From the IMG/VR virus record IMGVR_UViG_3300003969_000013, positions 1 to 43,999 of that record: DNA of 43,999 nt. The stretch is one strand, 5' to 3'. The position numbers and the translations under genes were made by a program. The notes under the pieces are model-generated. The model worked only from the letters and a program-made list of their open reading frames with translations. It was not told the origin of the DNA and did no database searches. The DNA is from a virus. Lineage: Duplodnaviria > Caudoviricetes. Positions 26,643 through 35,756 of the stretch are shown piece by piece. Each line of letters begins with the position of its first letter. The first letter of the stretch is position 1.

Positions 26643-27673
26643 GGTACTTTCTCCCAGGTGTCAGCATCGATGATCTGCCCCGCAGCGGGGGCGTTCGGGT
26701 GGGGTTCAAGTGGCGGCTCGCCGTCGCGGAATCGGGGATCGCCCCCAAAGTCGCGGCGGATTTCAGCGGCGAGATCGGAGGTAGTTTGGCCGCGATTGTG
26801 CGAGCCGTTCAGGGTGACACCTGTCACCCCCGAACGCTCAACGACGGCCCTCACCCGATTGCGCCAAGTCGCGCGCCAATCGAGCTTCACGCCCTTCGAT
26901 CCCGCCACACCGAGCCAGAAATCTCGGAACTCATCGGCGACGCGGTCGATGCGGTTCCAGGCCAACCCAAGCGCAAGCGCATCCTCCCGCCACTCAGGCG
27001 GCAAGGTCCAATCAGCAGGCAGGCGAGCGCCTCGCAGTGCTGGCTTCGGCTTGGGCGGTGTTTCTGGCTTCGCTGGCTCTGCCGCTTTGGGCTCGCCAAC
27101 CGGCGCTCCCCCCTCCGGCTCAAGCCCCGGAAGTTGCGGGGGGATAATGGGGGGAGTATCCGAACGGAGTGAGGATACTTTCCTCTCTGTTCTATTCCGT
27201 TCCGTTCCTAGCATTGCATCTGCAATGCCATCGCATTTTTGCTTTTCAATGTTTTCAATGGGTTGATCGAAAGAAGGCGCGTCTAGATTCCAACGGTTCT
27301 CCGCGCTACGCCGTCCGCGCTGGGACTTTTGCAGCGCTTCCTGCACCGCCTCGACCAACATCGGGTGATAGAGCCGCCCGTCCGAGCACAGAACCCACCC
27401 CCGCAAAGCCCCCTTCCGGCGCTTTTTCCAGCCGCGTAAATCGCGCCCCATCCCGGCGAGGTAGGCGAGCTTTGCGTCGTCATCCGGCAGGCTCCCGGCA
27501 GGCAGTTGGTGCCACGCCGCCATCATCAGGATCATGCAGAACCAGTTGTCGGCAGGGTCGCCTTCAATCGCCATGTCGCTATTGCGCAGGTCGGCCGCAT
27601 TAATGCTGACGCACGGGAAATGCCGCAGATCAGCGTCCGCAGGGATCGGGGGTTGGGGGAGTTGGGCTGTCAT
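26639..27673 (-). CDS. DUF1376/YdaU-like replication initiator
   Basis: AWHQLPAGSLPDDDAKLA, GWVLCSDGRLYHP; C-terminal RLPADW...FRDFW...KLDWRATWRN. Confidence 0.82.
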   Translation of the reverse strand: MTAQLPQPPIPADADLRHFPCVSINAADLRNSDMAIEGDPADNWFCMILMMAAWHQLPAGSLPDDDAKLAYLAGMGRDLRGWKKRRKGALRGWVLCSDGRLYHPMLVEAVQEALQKSQRGRRSAENRWNLDAPSFDQPIENIEKQKCDGIADAMLGTERNRTERKVSSLRSDTPPIIPPQLPGLEPEGGAPVGEPKAAEPAKPETPPKPKPALRGARLPADWTLPPEWREDALALGLAWNRIDRVADEFRDFWLGVAGSKGVKLDWRATWRNRVRAVVERSGVTGVTLNGSHNRGQTTSDLAAEIRRDFGGDPRFRDGEPPLEPHPNAPAAGQIIDADTWEKVP

Positions 27674-28740
27674 GCCGCCCCGTCCAGATAGGCCGCGATA
27701 AACTCAGCCGCGAGTTCCGGCACGATGGCATTGCCGTAGCCTTGCAACATCCCTGTGCGCCACGGCGGCAGACCTAAGCCGTCTTTGCCTTTGCGGTACG
27801 GGCTGGCTTCGCCGGGGCGCACAGATCCCATATCGGCGGATAGCCCATCAACCAGCGGGAATGAGCCGGGTTCAACTGGCCGGTACTTGCCGTCTGTGCA
27901 GTAAATCCAGTCGGGGTTTCGCCAGAAACCGCGTAGAGAACCTGCCGGGCCAAGGGCTGCCCCTTCGATCCGTATAATTGTTCCGCCGTAAGCTGGCTCC
28001 TGTCGCTGCGGAAGTCCCGCGCCGCTGGGGTTGCCCAGGTCGATAAGGCTAAGGTCGCGGCGGTCTGAAGATTCAGACCGCCTTCCCGCCCTTGGTTGCC
28101 CTTGCCGGTACAGTTGCGCGCCGTCGCTGTAGGCCAGGTCGCCAGCAACGCCACGCCCGGCAGCTTGAGATAAATCGGCCTTGATCCGTCCGGTCTGATC
28201 GGCCCGTAGCTGTGCGTGCTCTTCCCATCGTTGCTGATCGCGGTCGGCCACGAACCAAAGGCGGGGTCGGTTGTGCGGCGCGCCGACGCTCGCAGCAGGG
28301 GCAGGCACCGTCCCGATGGCGTAACCAGCGGCTTCCAGGTCATCTGAAACAAGATCGATCCAGCCGTGTTTAACCGCGCTTTCAACCTGCTCGCCAAAAA
28401 TAGCGTTAGGGCCGCACTCGCCGATGAGCCGGAACCAGTCCGGCCAAAGGTGCCGCTCGTCGGCGGTGCCTTTGCCTTCGCCCGCGCTGCTGAACGGTTG
28501 GCAAGGACAGGAGCCGGTCCAGACGGGCCGATCATCGGGCCAGCCTGAGAGGCGCAGCGCGTGGCTCCATCCCCCGATTCCAGCGAAGAAATGGCACTGG
28601 GTAAATCCCACAAGGTCATCTGGTTGAACATCAAGGATGCTCCGGGTATCGACAACGCCCGGCGCAATCGCCCCGGCGTCGATCAGGTTCCGCAGCCAAT
28701 CGGCGGCGTAGGGGTTGTTCTCATTGTAGTAGGCCGTCAT
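27670..28740 (-). CDS. DNA (cytosine-5) methyltransferase, main chain
   Basis: Motif [44 protein letters not shown]. Confidence 0.92.
   Translation of the reverse strand: MTAYYNENNPYAADWLRNLIDAGAIAPGVVDTRSILDVQPDDLVGFTQCHFFAGIGGWSHALRLSGWPDDRPVWTGSCPCQPFSSAGEGKGTADERHLWPDWFRLIGECGPNAIFGEQVESAVKHGWIDLVSDDLEAAGYAIGTVPAPAASVGAPHNRPRLWFVADRDQQRWEEHAQLRADQTGRIKADLSQAAGRGVAGDLAYSDGAQLYRQGQPRAGRRSESSDRRDLSLIDLGNPSGAGLPQRQEPAYGGTIIRIEGAALGPAGSLRGFWRNPDWIYCTDGKYRPVEPGSFPLVDGLSADMGSVRPGEASPYRKGKDGLGLPPWRTGMLQGYGNAIVPELAAEFIAAYLDGAA
27774..28631 (-). CDS. Nested alternative-frame polypeptide carrying C5-MTase motif IX (putative beta subunit; start uncertain)
   Basis: Same-strand ORF ending [18 protein letters not shown]; repeated WPT/WATP segments. 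Confidence 0.65.
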   Translation of the reverse strand: MFNQMTLWDLPSAISSLESGDGATRCASQAGPMIGPSGPAPVLANRSAARAKAKAPPTSGTFGRTGSGSSASAALTLFLASRLKARLNTAGSILFQMTWKPLVTPSGRCLPLLRASARRTTDPAFGSWPTAISNDGKSTHSYGPIRPDGSRPIYLKLPGVALLATWPTATARNCTGKGNQGREGGLNLQTAATLALSTWATPAARDFRSDRSQLTAEQLYGSKGQPLARQVLYAVSGETPTGFTAQTASTGQLNPAHSRWLMGYPPIWDLCAPAKPARTAKAKTA

Positions 28741-28811
28741 GCCCACGCCCTCCCTGTGCAACCAGGGGTGAGGCTGATAGGCTTTAGGCTCTCGTGATAA
28801 CGGAGGCGCGG

Positions 28812-29366
28812 ATGGACCGGAGTTTTTGGCTTGGAAGTGTTATTGGCTGCCTGTTTTGCTACATTGCAGTCTCGCCCTTCATAATTTTCAATTTGTCGAT
28901 ACTCGTACCGAAGAATAGTAGTGACGTGGCTGCATGGATTCAGGCTGTTGGTTCCATTTTGGCTATCGTCGGAGCAGCTATATTTCCTAAAATTCACGAT
29001 ATTCAGAAACAAGAGAGCAGACATAGGCAGGTTTTGAAAAACATCAAGATCGAGATGCAAAGCATAAAAAAAACGCTGAAACCTTTCATTGAGAAACCGG
29101 AAATGTATATTGGCATTTCTGTTGCAAAGCCACTTTTTTATAGAGAAGCAAATCTTCAAGAAATGATGGAAATTGATTTTGATATTTTTTCTGACTACAA
29201 AGAAATTATATTCATAATCGAAGCGTATAATAACGCAATTCAACGGAAAACCGTGCTGATTGCAGCGCGCGACCCGGCTGCAGAAAGTGGTCCAAACCCC
29301 CATGAAATTGGGAAATACCTCGACACTACTTGCACGCGGATAATTGGTCGGATTGAGCGTATTTAG
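28812..29366 (+). CDS. AT-rich membrane protein (moron)
   Basis: GGAGG RBS at 28802; two TM helices, AAWIQAVGSILAI; antisense to the operon. Confidence 0.65.
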   Translation: MDRSFWLGSVIGCLFCYIAVSPFIIFNLSILVPKNSSDVAAWIQAVGSILAIVGAAIFPKIHDIQKQESRHRQVLKNIKIEMQSIKKTLKPFIEKPEMYIGISVAKPLFYREANLQEMMEIDFDIFSDYKEIIFIIEAYNNAIQRKTVLIAARDPAAESGPNPHEIGKYLDTTCTRIIGRIERI

Positions 29367-29371
29367 TCGCA

Positions 29372-29845
29372 TCACACCGCCCCCCCGTCCGCATAGGCGA
29401 GCAGCAGCAGCGCATCGGCGGCGTTATCGTCCTGGGGGGAGTGGCCTTTGCGGGCAGCCCAGGCCAGAACGTCACCTTTCGTCGAGTTACCCTTGCCGAG
29501 AACAGCCTTGCAGATCGTCCCACGGTGCTGCTCGAAGCAGGGCGTGCTGCGACGGTACGCAAGTTCTTCTGCGAAGGCCGGGAGCGCCATGAGGAGGCGC
29601 ATCGTCGCAATCGAGCGGTTCGTCGTCGGCAGTGGCGCTTCGAACCAAATCTCGTCCGGCGTGTGGACGGCGAGCGTGTCGCTGAGCCAATCCCGAAAGG
29701 CGGCAAAGGCGCGGCCAAGGTCATCGCCGATGGTGCCGTGCAGGATTCGATGCGAGCCATAGAGCGGGCCGTTCCGACCGGGCTGCGAAACAGCCCAGCC
29801 GGTGACGGTTGCAATATCGAGCGTCAGGATGACCTTGCCCGGCAT
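29372..29845 (-). CDS. RuvC-like Holliday junction resolvase
   Basis: ILTLDIATVTGWA, IWFEAP, GKGNSTK, DDNAADA. Confidence 0.8.
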   Translation of the reverse strand: MPGKVILTLDIATVTGWAVSQPGRNGPLYGSHRILHGTIGDDLGRAFAAFRDWLSDTLAVHTPDEIWFEAPLPTTNRSIATMRLLMALPAFAEELAYRRSTPCFEQHRGTICKAVLGKGNSTKGDVLAWAARKGHSPQDDNAADALLLLAYADGGAV

Positions 29846-30576
29846 CAGTGCGCCGCCTGCCCTGCTTCGACCGGGGCGGCTTTCGGTGGGCGACCGCGTT
29901 TCGGGGCGGCGGGCAGCTTGATCGCTTCGGCGGCGATGGGTGCGGCTTCGGCCTCTTCGACGGGTTCAGAGTCGGCTTCCGCAAGGGCCGTATCGTCTTC
30001 GCCCGCCGGACCTGACATATGCGCAAGGTCGCGCTGCCCGTCGTTCCAGCCAGTCTGCCACGCCGACCGCAGCTTTACGTCGTCGGTGTAGGGGTTTTCG
30101 TGATTGCCCCCTGCACGGCCCTCTCGATACCCCATGTCGTAGGCGCCTTGCATGTCGGTCGGCAGCGGCGCGGCAGCTTGGCTTTCGGCGAATTTCTGAT
30201 CGTCAACGCGGGTGGCGACAGTGACGCCATCGTCAAACAGACCAAGCTGCGCGCCGAGGGGCAGGCCCATGAACTTGCACAGCGTGTTCAGGGCGCGGGT
30301 TTCGCGGTCGATGTCTTCCACGTCGCGCTCGCGCAAGGCGAGGTATTGATCGATGGCAAGCTTATCGTGACCCAGCTTTTCGCCGAGGCTGTAGAGCACC
30401 TTTTTCTTGTTGTTCCAGATGGCCTTCAGCCCTTTGGCCTTCTGGTCTTGCTCGGTGAAATCGCGCTTCGCGGCAGTCAGTTCGCCGAACATTTCCTTGA
30501 AGCGTTTCTCGGTATGGGGCGCATCGAATACCTCGGGGGCAGCGTCTTCGCCGCCGCGTCTACCTCTGCGGGCCAT
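29845..30576 (-). CDS. Hypothetical protein: GapR/DUF2312-like N-terminus plus Rmf-like motif
   Basis: KLGHDKLAIDQYLALRERD...FMGL; AYDMGYREG...NPY...AWQTGWNDG; AAGGA RBS. Confidence 0.55.
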   Translation of the reverse strand: MARRGRRGGEDAAPEVFDAPHTEKRFKEMFGELTAAKRDFTEQDQKAKGLKAIWNNKKKVLYSLGEKLGHDKLAIDQYLALRERDVEDIDRETRALNTLCKFMGLPLGAQLGLFDDGVTVATRVDDQKFAESQAAAPLPTDMQGAYDMGYREGRAGGNHENPYTDDVKLRSAWQTGWNDGQRDLAHMSGPAGEDDTALAEADSEPVEEAEAAPIAAEAIKLPAAPKRGRPPKAAPVEAGQAAH

Positions 30577-31228
30577 GATGATTTCCTTCAGTTTTGGGGG
30601 TGGGGGTGGCTTCGGGGAATCGGTCGGTTTGATTTCCCCAAACGGTCCAGCCTGCGCGGGGTGCGCGGGCAAAGAGTTCGAGATACGGGCCGCTCACCAG
30701 CCGCTCTATCCCGACATGAGCATCAACGGGTTTGCGCGAATGCGGGCCGCGTGGAGCGACAATCAATCGGCGCACATTTCGGCCTGTGGGGAGGCGCTTT
30801 GGACGGCCCCTCGTGCCCAGCAAGCAAAGCTCGGCGTTGGAGCGGGTCCAATACCCAAGGCCCATAAAGAAATCGGTATTGTTGAAGGCGAATGGGGGTG
30901 CGTTCTTGTTCAGCTTCGCCCACACGAACCCGACGGTTCGATAGGTGAAGCCCCAGGCCTCCATGACGGCCAAGCCCTGGGGAACGTGCGTGTCTGTAAC
31001 CCATAGAAAGAGGGTGCAGTCCGGGGCAGCGCAGGCATTAACCGGCATTTCCCGAATCGCGGAGAGCGACATGGTGTCGTAGTGCTGGCTAGGCGAACGC
31101 CCCGCCCCCTTTGCCGACCGAACCTGAAATGGCCAAGGCGGGTCGGCATAGATCGCGCTAAATGGCCCCTCAGGCAGCGGCCCTGCGCCAGCATTGGACC
31201 CGGCTTCAATGGTATCGGGCGCAATCAT
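30560..31228 (-). CDS. MT-A70 family N6-adenine methyltransferase
   Basis: IYADPPW, LFLWVT, AWGFTY, GLGYWTRSNAELCL, HSRKP, LELFAR, GWTVWGNQ. Confidence 0.92.
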   Translation of the reverse strand: MIAPDTIEAGSNAGAGPLPEGPFSAIYADPPWPFQVRSAKGAGRSPSQHYDTMSLSAIREMPVNACAAPDCTLFLWVTDTHVPQGLAVMEAWGFTYRTVGFVWAKLNKNAPPFAFNNTDFFMGLGYWTRSNAELCLLGTRGRPKRLPTGRNVRRLIVAPRGPHSRKPVDAHVGIERLVSGPYLELFARAPRAGWTVWGNQTDRFPEATPTPKTEGNHHGPQR

Positions 31229-31335
31229 GGGAGCGCCCCGCGCACCAGCATCAGGCCCGCGTCCCAGTACCGACCGGCGAGCGCGCCGAGGACGAAAGAG
31301 AGAACATAGGCTCGCACCCAAGCGGCGGCGCTCAT
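31225..31335 (-). CDS. 36-aa hydrophobic peptide
   Basis: MSAAAWVRAYVLSFVLGALAGRYWDAGLMLVRGALP; ATGA overlaps at both ends; below ORF-track cutoff. Confidence 0.55.
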   Translation of the reverse strand: MSAAAWVRAYVLSFVLGALAGRYWDAGLMLVRGALP

Positions 31336-31817
31336 GCGGCTTGCGCCTTTTTGCGCAGCGCTTCGGCACGGCGGCGGACTTCCTTAGCTTCGACGACCTG
31401 CGACGCGCCACCCGGCCACGTCAGCCGATAGTGCGGCAGGCCGTCCGAGCAGCGCGCTTCAAGCGCCTCAGCGGCAATGCCGTGATGGTTCAGATCCCGG
31501 AGGGCTTGCCTCGTAAACGCTTCGAGCAGGACCGCCTGCGGATCGAAATCGCTCCGTTCATCCGCCGCTTCGGTCTTCGCCATTTCGACCGGTTCCCCGG
31601 AATCATCGCCCTCCTCGCCCGCCAGCCAAAAATGACCATCGGCGCTTTGTTGCAGCAGGCGCGCGGCCCGCAGGTCATTAATCAGCCGCGAGGTGTAGAA
31701 CTTTTCCGGCAAGCCAGAGGTGACGCCGAAAACGGTGCGCTGAATGACGGAAGCTGTCGCGCCGAAGGTACAGGCAGCGGCAACCCGGTAATGATCGAGG
31801 GTTAGAGCGAGCGTCAT
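31332..31817 (-). CDS. Hypothetical phage protein
   Basis: ATGA coupling to upstream gene, GGAG RBS. Confidence 0.6.
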   Translation of the reverse strand: MTLALTLDHYRVAAACTFGATASVIQRTVFGVTSGLPEKFYTSRLINDLRAARLLQQSADGHFWLAGEEGDDSGEPVEMAKTEAADERSDFDPQAVLLEAFTRQALRDLNHHGIAAEALEARCSDGLPHYRLTWPGGASQVVEAKEVRRRAEALRKKAQAA

Positions 31818-32317
31818 TGACGGTCTCCCGTGTTGGCGGCAGCAGGGCATTTCGCGTGAACGTCGCGCCGCAGATGGGTGAGGATGGTTTGCAGCCGGTC
31901 GGCTTGGGTCAGCAGCACTTTGGCTTCGGCCAGCGTGATCGCCGCGCCGCCGTCCCCTGCCGGGCATTTTGCGCCCGCGACTTCATCGGCGAGGTCGCCG
32001 AACGCTGAAACGGCAGCCGTCAGCCGGTCACGCAGATCGGCGGGCGTGTGGGGCGGCTCATCCCCTAGCTGGGTGAGGGTCATGTACCGCTGCTCGGTGT
32101 AGAGCGGCAGAAACAGCGGGGCCTGCCCTACGGCGATCAGCGCCGCGTCGAGCTTGGCGCTCTCGATCAGGCCCAGCTTTATGCGCGTCTTGTGGTTGGC
32201 GATGGCATAGAGCGCGTCGGGCGTAATGCCGATGGCATCAAGCACAGCGAGCGGCAAAAGCCGAATGGCGTTATGGATAGCGGCACCGGGAGAGCCCGGC
32301 AGATGCAGGCGCGTCAA
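31814..32317 (-). CDS. Putative CII-like regulatory protein
   Basis: Position downstream of cro; ends AITLAEAK..L resembling phage CII-family helices; GGAGGG RBS with TTG start. Confidence 0.5.
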   Translation of the reverse strand: MTRLHLPGSPGAAIHNAIRLLPLAVLDAIGITPDALYAIANHKTRIKLGLIESAKLDAALIAVGQAPLFLPLYTEQRYMTLTQLGDEPPHTPADLRDRLTAAVSAFGDLADEVAGAKCPAGDGGAAITLAEAKVLLTQADRLQTILTHLRRDVHAKCPAAANTGDRQ

Positions 32318-32577
32318 ATTCCCGCCCTCCGATTGGTGATGCGGTTAACCTTTTGCGCAGGCACGATGCGGCCATGACGATGATGCTGAGGCTCCCGCCA
32401 GTACGCCTGCCGCCCGATCACCTCGCGCCGATGGCGGAGGCGAAGGCGCTGCGCTTGCAGGCGGCACGGATGGAAGATGCTGCGGGAGGGTCGCGCCTCG
32501 CGGCGGCAGCCCGGCTGCGCATCAAAGCGAGCGAGATCGAGCAAGCCGTGTTCAGGGCGATGGCAGCGGCGCGTCAT
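32314..32577 (-). CDS. Hypothetical protein
   Basis: Stop/start overlaps with cro and the next gene. Confidence 0.4.
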   Translation of the reverse strand: MTRRCHRPEHGLLDLARFDAQPGCRREARPSRSIFHPCRLQAQRLRLRHRREVIGRQAYWREPQHHRHGRIVPAQKVNRITNRRAGI

Positions 32578-32825
32578 GCGGCGGCGTCCGACGAGGCGGC
32601 GCGCTCGTGATGGGGCTCGGGCAGCGGAGGAACGGCGGTCAGTCCCAAAAAATCACCGGGGCCGACCTTGCCGCCCGTTGCCTCGTAGATCCGCTTCATG
32701 CTCTCAGGCCTGGGGTGCCGCTGGTCCGAGAGCCATCGGCTGACCTCAGACTTTGAAAAGCCGGTGGTCCGAGCAAACTCTGCCGGAGTGATCTTATGGG
32801 CGTCGAGGAAGGTTGCGAGTTTCAT
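32574..32825 (-). CDS. cro: Cro-like HTH repressor
   Basis: MKLATFL...EFARTTGFSKSEVSRW...ATGGKVGPGDF; divergent from cI. Confidence 0.85.
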   Translation of the reverse strand: MKLATFLDAHKITPAEFARTTGFSKSEVSRWLSDQRHPRPESMKRIYEATGGKVGPGDFLGLTAVPPLPEPHHERAASSDAAA

Positions 32826-32834
32826 GATCGTCAT

Positions 32835-32884
32835 GTTGCCATTAAGACAACATTTTTGTCAACTCATGTTGCCACTATAGCTCA
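32835..32884. promoter_or_regulatory. OR-like region: two 17-bp operators (32835-32851, 32868-32884) and PR-like promoter
   Basis: GTTGCCATTAAGACAAC and GTTGCCACTATAGCTCA; minus-strand TTGACA at 32857-32862. Confidence 0.75.
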
Positions 32885-32918
32885 CGACGACGGCGCGCGT
32901 TCATGCGACGCTCTCACC

Positions 32919-33620
32919 ATGAATAGGATCAAGGAATTACGCGAGGCAGCAGGCCTGTCGCAAGAAGCGCTCGGATTTCAGATCGGGAGCGACAAGGCTA
33001 CAATTAGTCGCCTTGAAAACGGCTCGCGCAAGCTGACGCAGGAACGAATGGTTGCGATAGCGCAAGCGCTTGGCTGCTCTCCGGGGGATCTAATTGCGAC
33101 CCGCGGGCTGGAATTACCGGTGAAGCATGCCCGCCAAGCACACACCGCCCCGCCACCTGTAATTGCGCCGACTGGAATTGCAGAAATCGACGTTCGTGCT
33201 GGGATGGGCTTTGGCGGCGAAGCGTTGGCCGAATACCGGCCCGATGGCAATGGCGGTGCTGCGCTAGGCGACGCTGTGCTTGGCGAATGGCGGATGCCGA
33301 ATGATTATCTTCGGGTTGAATTGAGAGCAGCACCCAATGACCTTAGGATTATAGAGGTCGAAGGCGACTCGATGATGCCTACGCTCCAGACGGGCGATAG
33401 AGTGATGGTAAATCTAAGGGCTCGCATCCCCTCGCCGCCGGGCATTTTTGCGATTTGGGATGGGTTGGGAGTTGTCTGCAAGCGGGTCGAGCATATCCAA
33501 GGCTCGGACCCGCCGCGCCTTCGAATCATCTCTGACAACGACAGACACGAAGCCTATGAGCGTACGATTGAAGAGGCGCATATTATTGGTCGAGTGGTGT
33601 GGTTCGCGCGGCGTCTGTAA
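32919..33620 (+). CDS. cI: CI-like repressor (XRE HTH + S24 peptidase)
   Basis: MNRIKELREAAGLSQEAL HTH; AG cleavage site (RAGMG); VEGDSM and CKR catalytic motifs. Confidence 0.93.
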   Translation: MNRIKELREAAGLSQEALGFQIGSDKATISRLENGSRKLTQERMVAIAQALGCSPGDLIATRGLELPVKHARQAHTAPPPVIAPTGIAEIDVRAGMGFGGEALAEYRPDGNGGAALGDAVLGEWRMPNDYLRVELRAAPNDLRIIEVEGDSMMPTLQTGDRVMVNLRARIPSPPGIFAIWDGLGVVCKRVEHIQGSDPPRLRIISDNDRHEAYERTIEEAHIIGRVVWFARRL

Positions 33621-33792
33621 CGCTCTCTCGGTAAACAGGGACCATCCCTTTGATCCACGCCTCGCATAATTCCCGCCGTGCGTACCTAAAAGGGTGAATC
33701 TCGCCGCGCTCATTGACTGGATACCAGCCGTACCCCGGCAACCCAGCCGCGCGAGCCTCTTCCTCCGCGATTAACTCCGCTCGCCAAATCAC
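33583..33792 (-). CDS. Hypothetical protein
   Basis: GTGA overlap with thermonuclease stop; overlaps cI 3' end. Confidence 0.35.
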   Translation of the reverse strand: MIWRAELIAEEEARAAGLPGYGWYPVNERGEIHPFRYARRELCEAWIKGMVPVYRESVTDAARTTPLDQ

Positions 33793-34256
33793 TTGCGTCG
33801 CTCTTTACGCCAGTCCCAAGGCGCGGTGTGCGACCCTTGCCATATGCCGCGCTTCGCGGCGCGGGCCTCACTTTCCTGGCTGACGTAATCCCGGCTGTAC
33901 TGCGTGTAAGCACGCGCCCAACCGAGACGCACCATTTCGCTATTGAGGTTGGTCTTGCCCACCCAGCAAACCCCAACAATTCGGCGGTAGCGGTCAACGT
34001 CCCGGTGCTCGCAAGAGACTTCAGATTTTCCGACTAAGCGCATCAGCGCTTCGGTCGAAGATCGCCCGCATAGGTATTCACCATCGGCACGAACGCACGG
34101 CTGATTTCCCTCCGGCGCATCAATGCCATGCAGGCGAATGGTTTTTCCGGCGACCTTCAGGGTATCACCATCCGTAATCGTCGGCGCGCCCATTACTGTC
34201 TGAGCGGTAGCAGCACTCGCAAGCAACACCCCCATAACGATTGCGGTTATTTTCAT
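33789..34256 (-). CDS. Secreted thermonuclease (SNase) family protein
   Basis: Signal peptide; DGDT, IRLHGIDAPE, DRYRR, EARAAKRGIW, PWDWR. Confidence 0.92.
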   Translation of the reverse strand: MKITAIVMGVLLASAATAQTVMGAPTITDGDTLKVAGKTIRLHGIDAPEGNQPCVRADGEYLCGRSSTEALMRLVGKSEVSCEHRDVDRYRRIVGVCWVGKTNLNSEMVRLGWARAYTQYSRDYVSQESEARAAKRGIWQGSHTAPWDWRKERRK

Positions 34257-34311
34257 GATATGCATCCATAGGTCGCAAACGGCGGCGGCATTATACGATG
34301 AGGATGCAAAT

Positions 34312-34584
34312 ATGAAACGACTGATTATCGCAGCGGCTCTAGCCCTAATGCCTATGTCCGCGCTGGCGCTATCTGACGACCAGGTGCGCGAACGCATGAT
34401 TAAAGAATCGATCAACGCTTATCCGGGGAAATGCCCCTGCCCCTACAACACCATGTCGAATGGCAGGGCATGCGGAGGACGCAGCGCTTATAGCAAGCCG
34501 AGCGGCGCAAGCCCTCTTTGTTATTCTCAAGACATCTCAGATGCAGCGGCGGCAGCCTACCGGAAGCAACGCGGTATAAAATAA
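34312..34584 (+). CDS. Small secreted cysteine-rich protein
   Basis: GAGGA RBS, signal peptide, CPCPYN...GRACGGRSAYS...PLCY. Confidence 0.75.
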   Translation: MKRLIIAAALALMPMSALALSDDQVRERMIKESINAYPGKCPCPYNTMSNGRACGGRSAYSKPSGASPLCYSQDISDAAAAAYRKQRGIK

Positions 34585-34591
34585 ATACCCT

Positions 34592-34622
34592 GGCTCGCCG
34601 TTCGCTCCCGGCGAGCCGCTTT
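34592..34622. terminator. Hairpin between convergent genes
   Basis: GGCTCGCCG-N8-CGGCGAGCC, short T tract. Confidence 0.5.
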
Positions 34623-35128
34623 CAACGATACTGACCACAGAAACGCGGTGCCCATTTAAAACTGTCTGCGTCCGCGCAATATTTTTGAAGCGTATCAATT
34701 CCATGTCGATCATATTTAACATCAAATGCAAACTCCAAGAAATTGAATGAGAACATATTGCCCCAATTAATTTGCTTTAAATCGGCCATCATGTAACTAA
34801 TAGACAAAATTTCTTGAGATCCTATGCTATTTTTATATTTATCCACCATATCAGCGACAATAGAAAACTTGATATAAGGTATTTGTGGGTAATGATCCGC
34901 AACCCACTTAGCCGACTTCATCATATCATCGGCAGAGATTGAAAAATCTCTTTTTCCGCTATCCCAATTTTTTGATTTCAATGTAACTAGTAAATATTTT
35001 CTCCCGTCCGCATCCGTCAACCCTTTGTAATCCGCTATGTTGCCGGATACCTGACCCAGTTCAGTCGGCTCACCGCATGAAATCAAGGGCAGGGCAATCA
35101 GGGCAGCAGCCCAATTTATCGGACGCAC
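34622..35128 (-). CDS. AT-rich lipoprotein
   Basis: Lipobox LISC after hydrophobic stretch; GAGGAG RBS, GTG start. Confidence 0.7.
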   Translation of the reverse strand: MRPINWAAALIALPLISCGEPTELGQVSGNIADYKGLTDADGRKYLLVTLKSKNWDSGKRDFSISADDMMKSAKWVADHYPQIPYIKFSIVADMVDKYKNSIGSQEILSISYMMADLKQINWGNMFSFNFLEFAFDVKYDRHGIDTLQKYCADADSFKWAPRFCGQYR

Positions 35129-35297
35129 CAGACTTCTCCTCGGCGATCAAATATCTAAAAGCGGCTTTTAATTCACCGCCGACACAACCGGAAAGATACC
35201 GCTAAGGAGGCTTCCGGTCCAAGGTTTTGATCCAACCAAAAAACTCCGGTCTCTTTAGGGTACCCCACAGGCAGCGTCAGGCTGGGGGTTTTGTTAT

Positions 35298-35351
35298 GTT
35301 GCCATTTAAGCAACTTTTCTGTTGACGCAACGATGCCGTAATGGCAACAAT
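35298..35351 (+). promoter_or_regulatory. OL-like region: two 17-bp operators (35298-35314, 35332-35348) and PL-like promoter
   Basis: GTTGCCATTTAAGCAAC and GATGCCGTAATGGCAAC; TTGACG-N18-AACAAT. Confidence 0.75.
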
Positions 35352-35379
35352 GCCCCTATCACAACCGCTGGGGGCTACG

Positions 35380-35688
35380 ATGTCCTGGAAAACCCGCAAA
35401 CTGACCCGCGCCGAACTGAGCATCGCCTTTCGCAACGCTTGGACCGATGCGCGCGCCTATCCGAAACCCGGCGAGAGCCTGAAGGCTGCTTTCGGTCGCA
35501 AATTGAAGTTTTGGATGAAGGTAATCTTGGACGATGTGCGGACCCGCACCAGCATTGCGGCCTTTTCCGCAAGCCGCGTCTTAACCGAAATTGACGGCGA
35601 AATCATGCAGATCGAAGCGGCTGACCGGCTGACGCAAGCCGACCGCGCCCGCCTTGCCGAACTGCGCAGCCTGCCGCGCGCCGCCTAA
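35380..35688 (+). CDS. Hypothetical protein, first gene of early-left operon
   Basis: ATG after GGGGG, downstream of PL-like promoter. Confidence 0.6.
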   Translation: MSWKTRKLTRAELSIAFRNAWTDARAYPKPGESLKAAFGRKLKFWMKVILDDVRTRTSIAAFSASRVLTEIDGEIMQIEAADRLTQADRARLAELRSLPRAA

Positions 35689-35756
35689 TTTCCACGCGGC
35701 CCCGCGCCGCCTTCGGGCTTCGCCCCGTACCCCTCCCTCTCCTGAGGAACCCCAAC

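Noticed and set aside
30019-31805. Several long plus-strand ORFs
   Set aside because: Shadows of the coupled minus-strand operon
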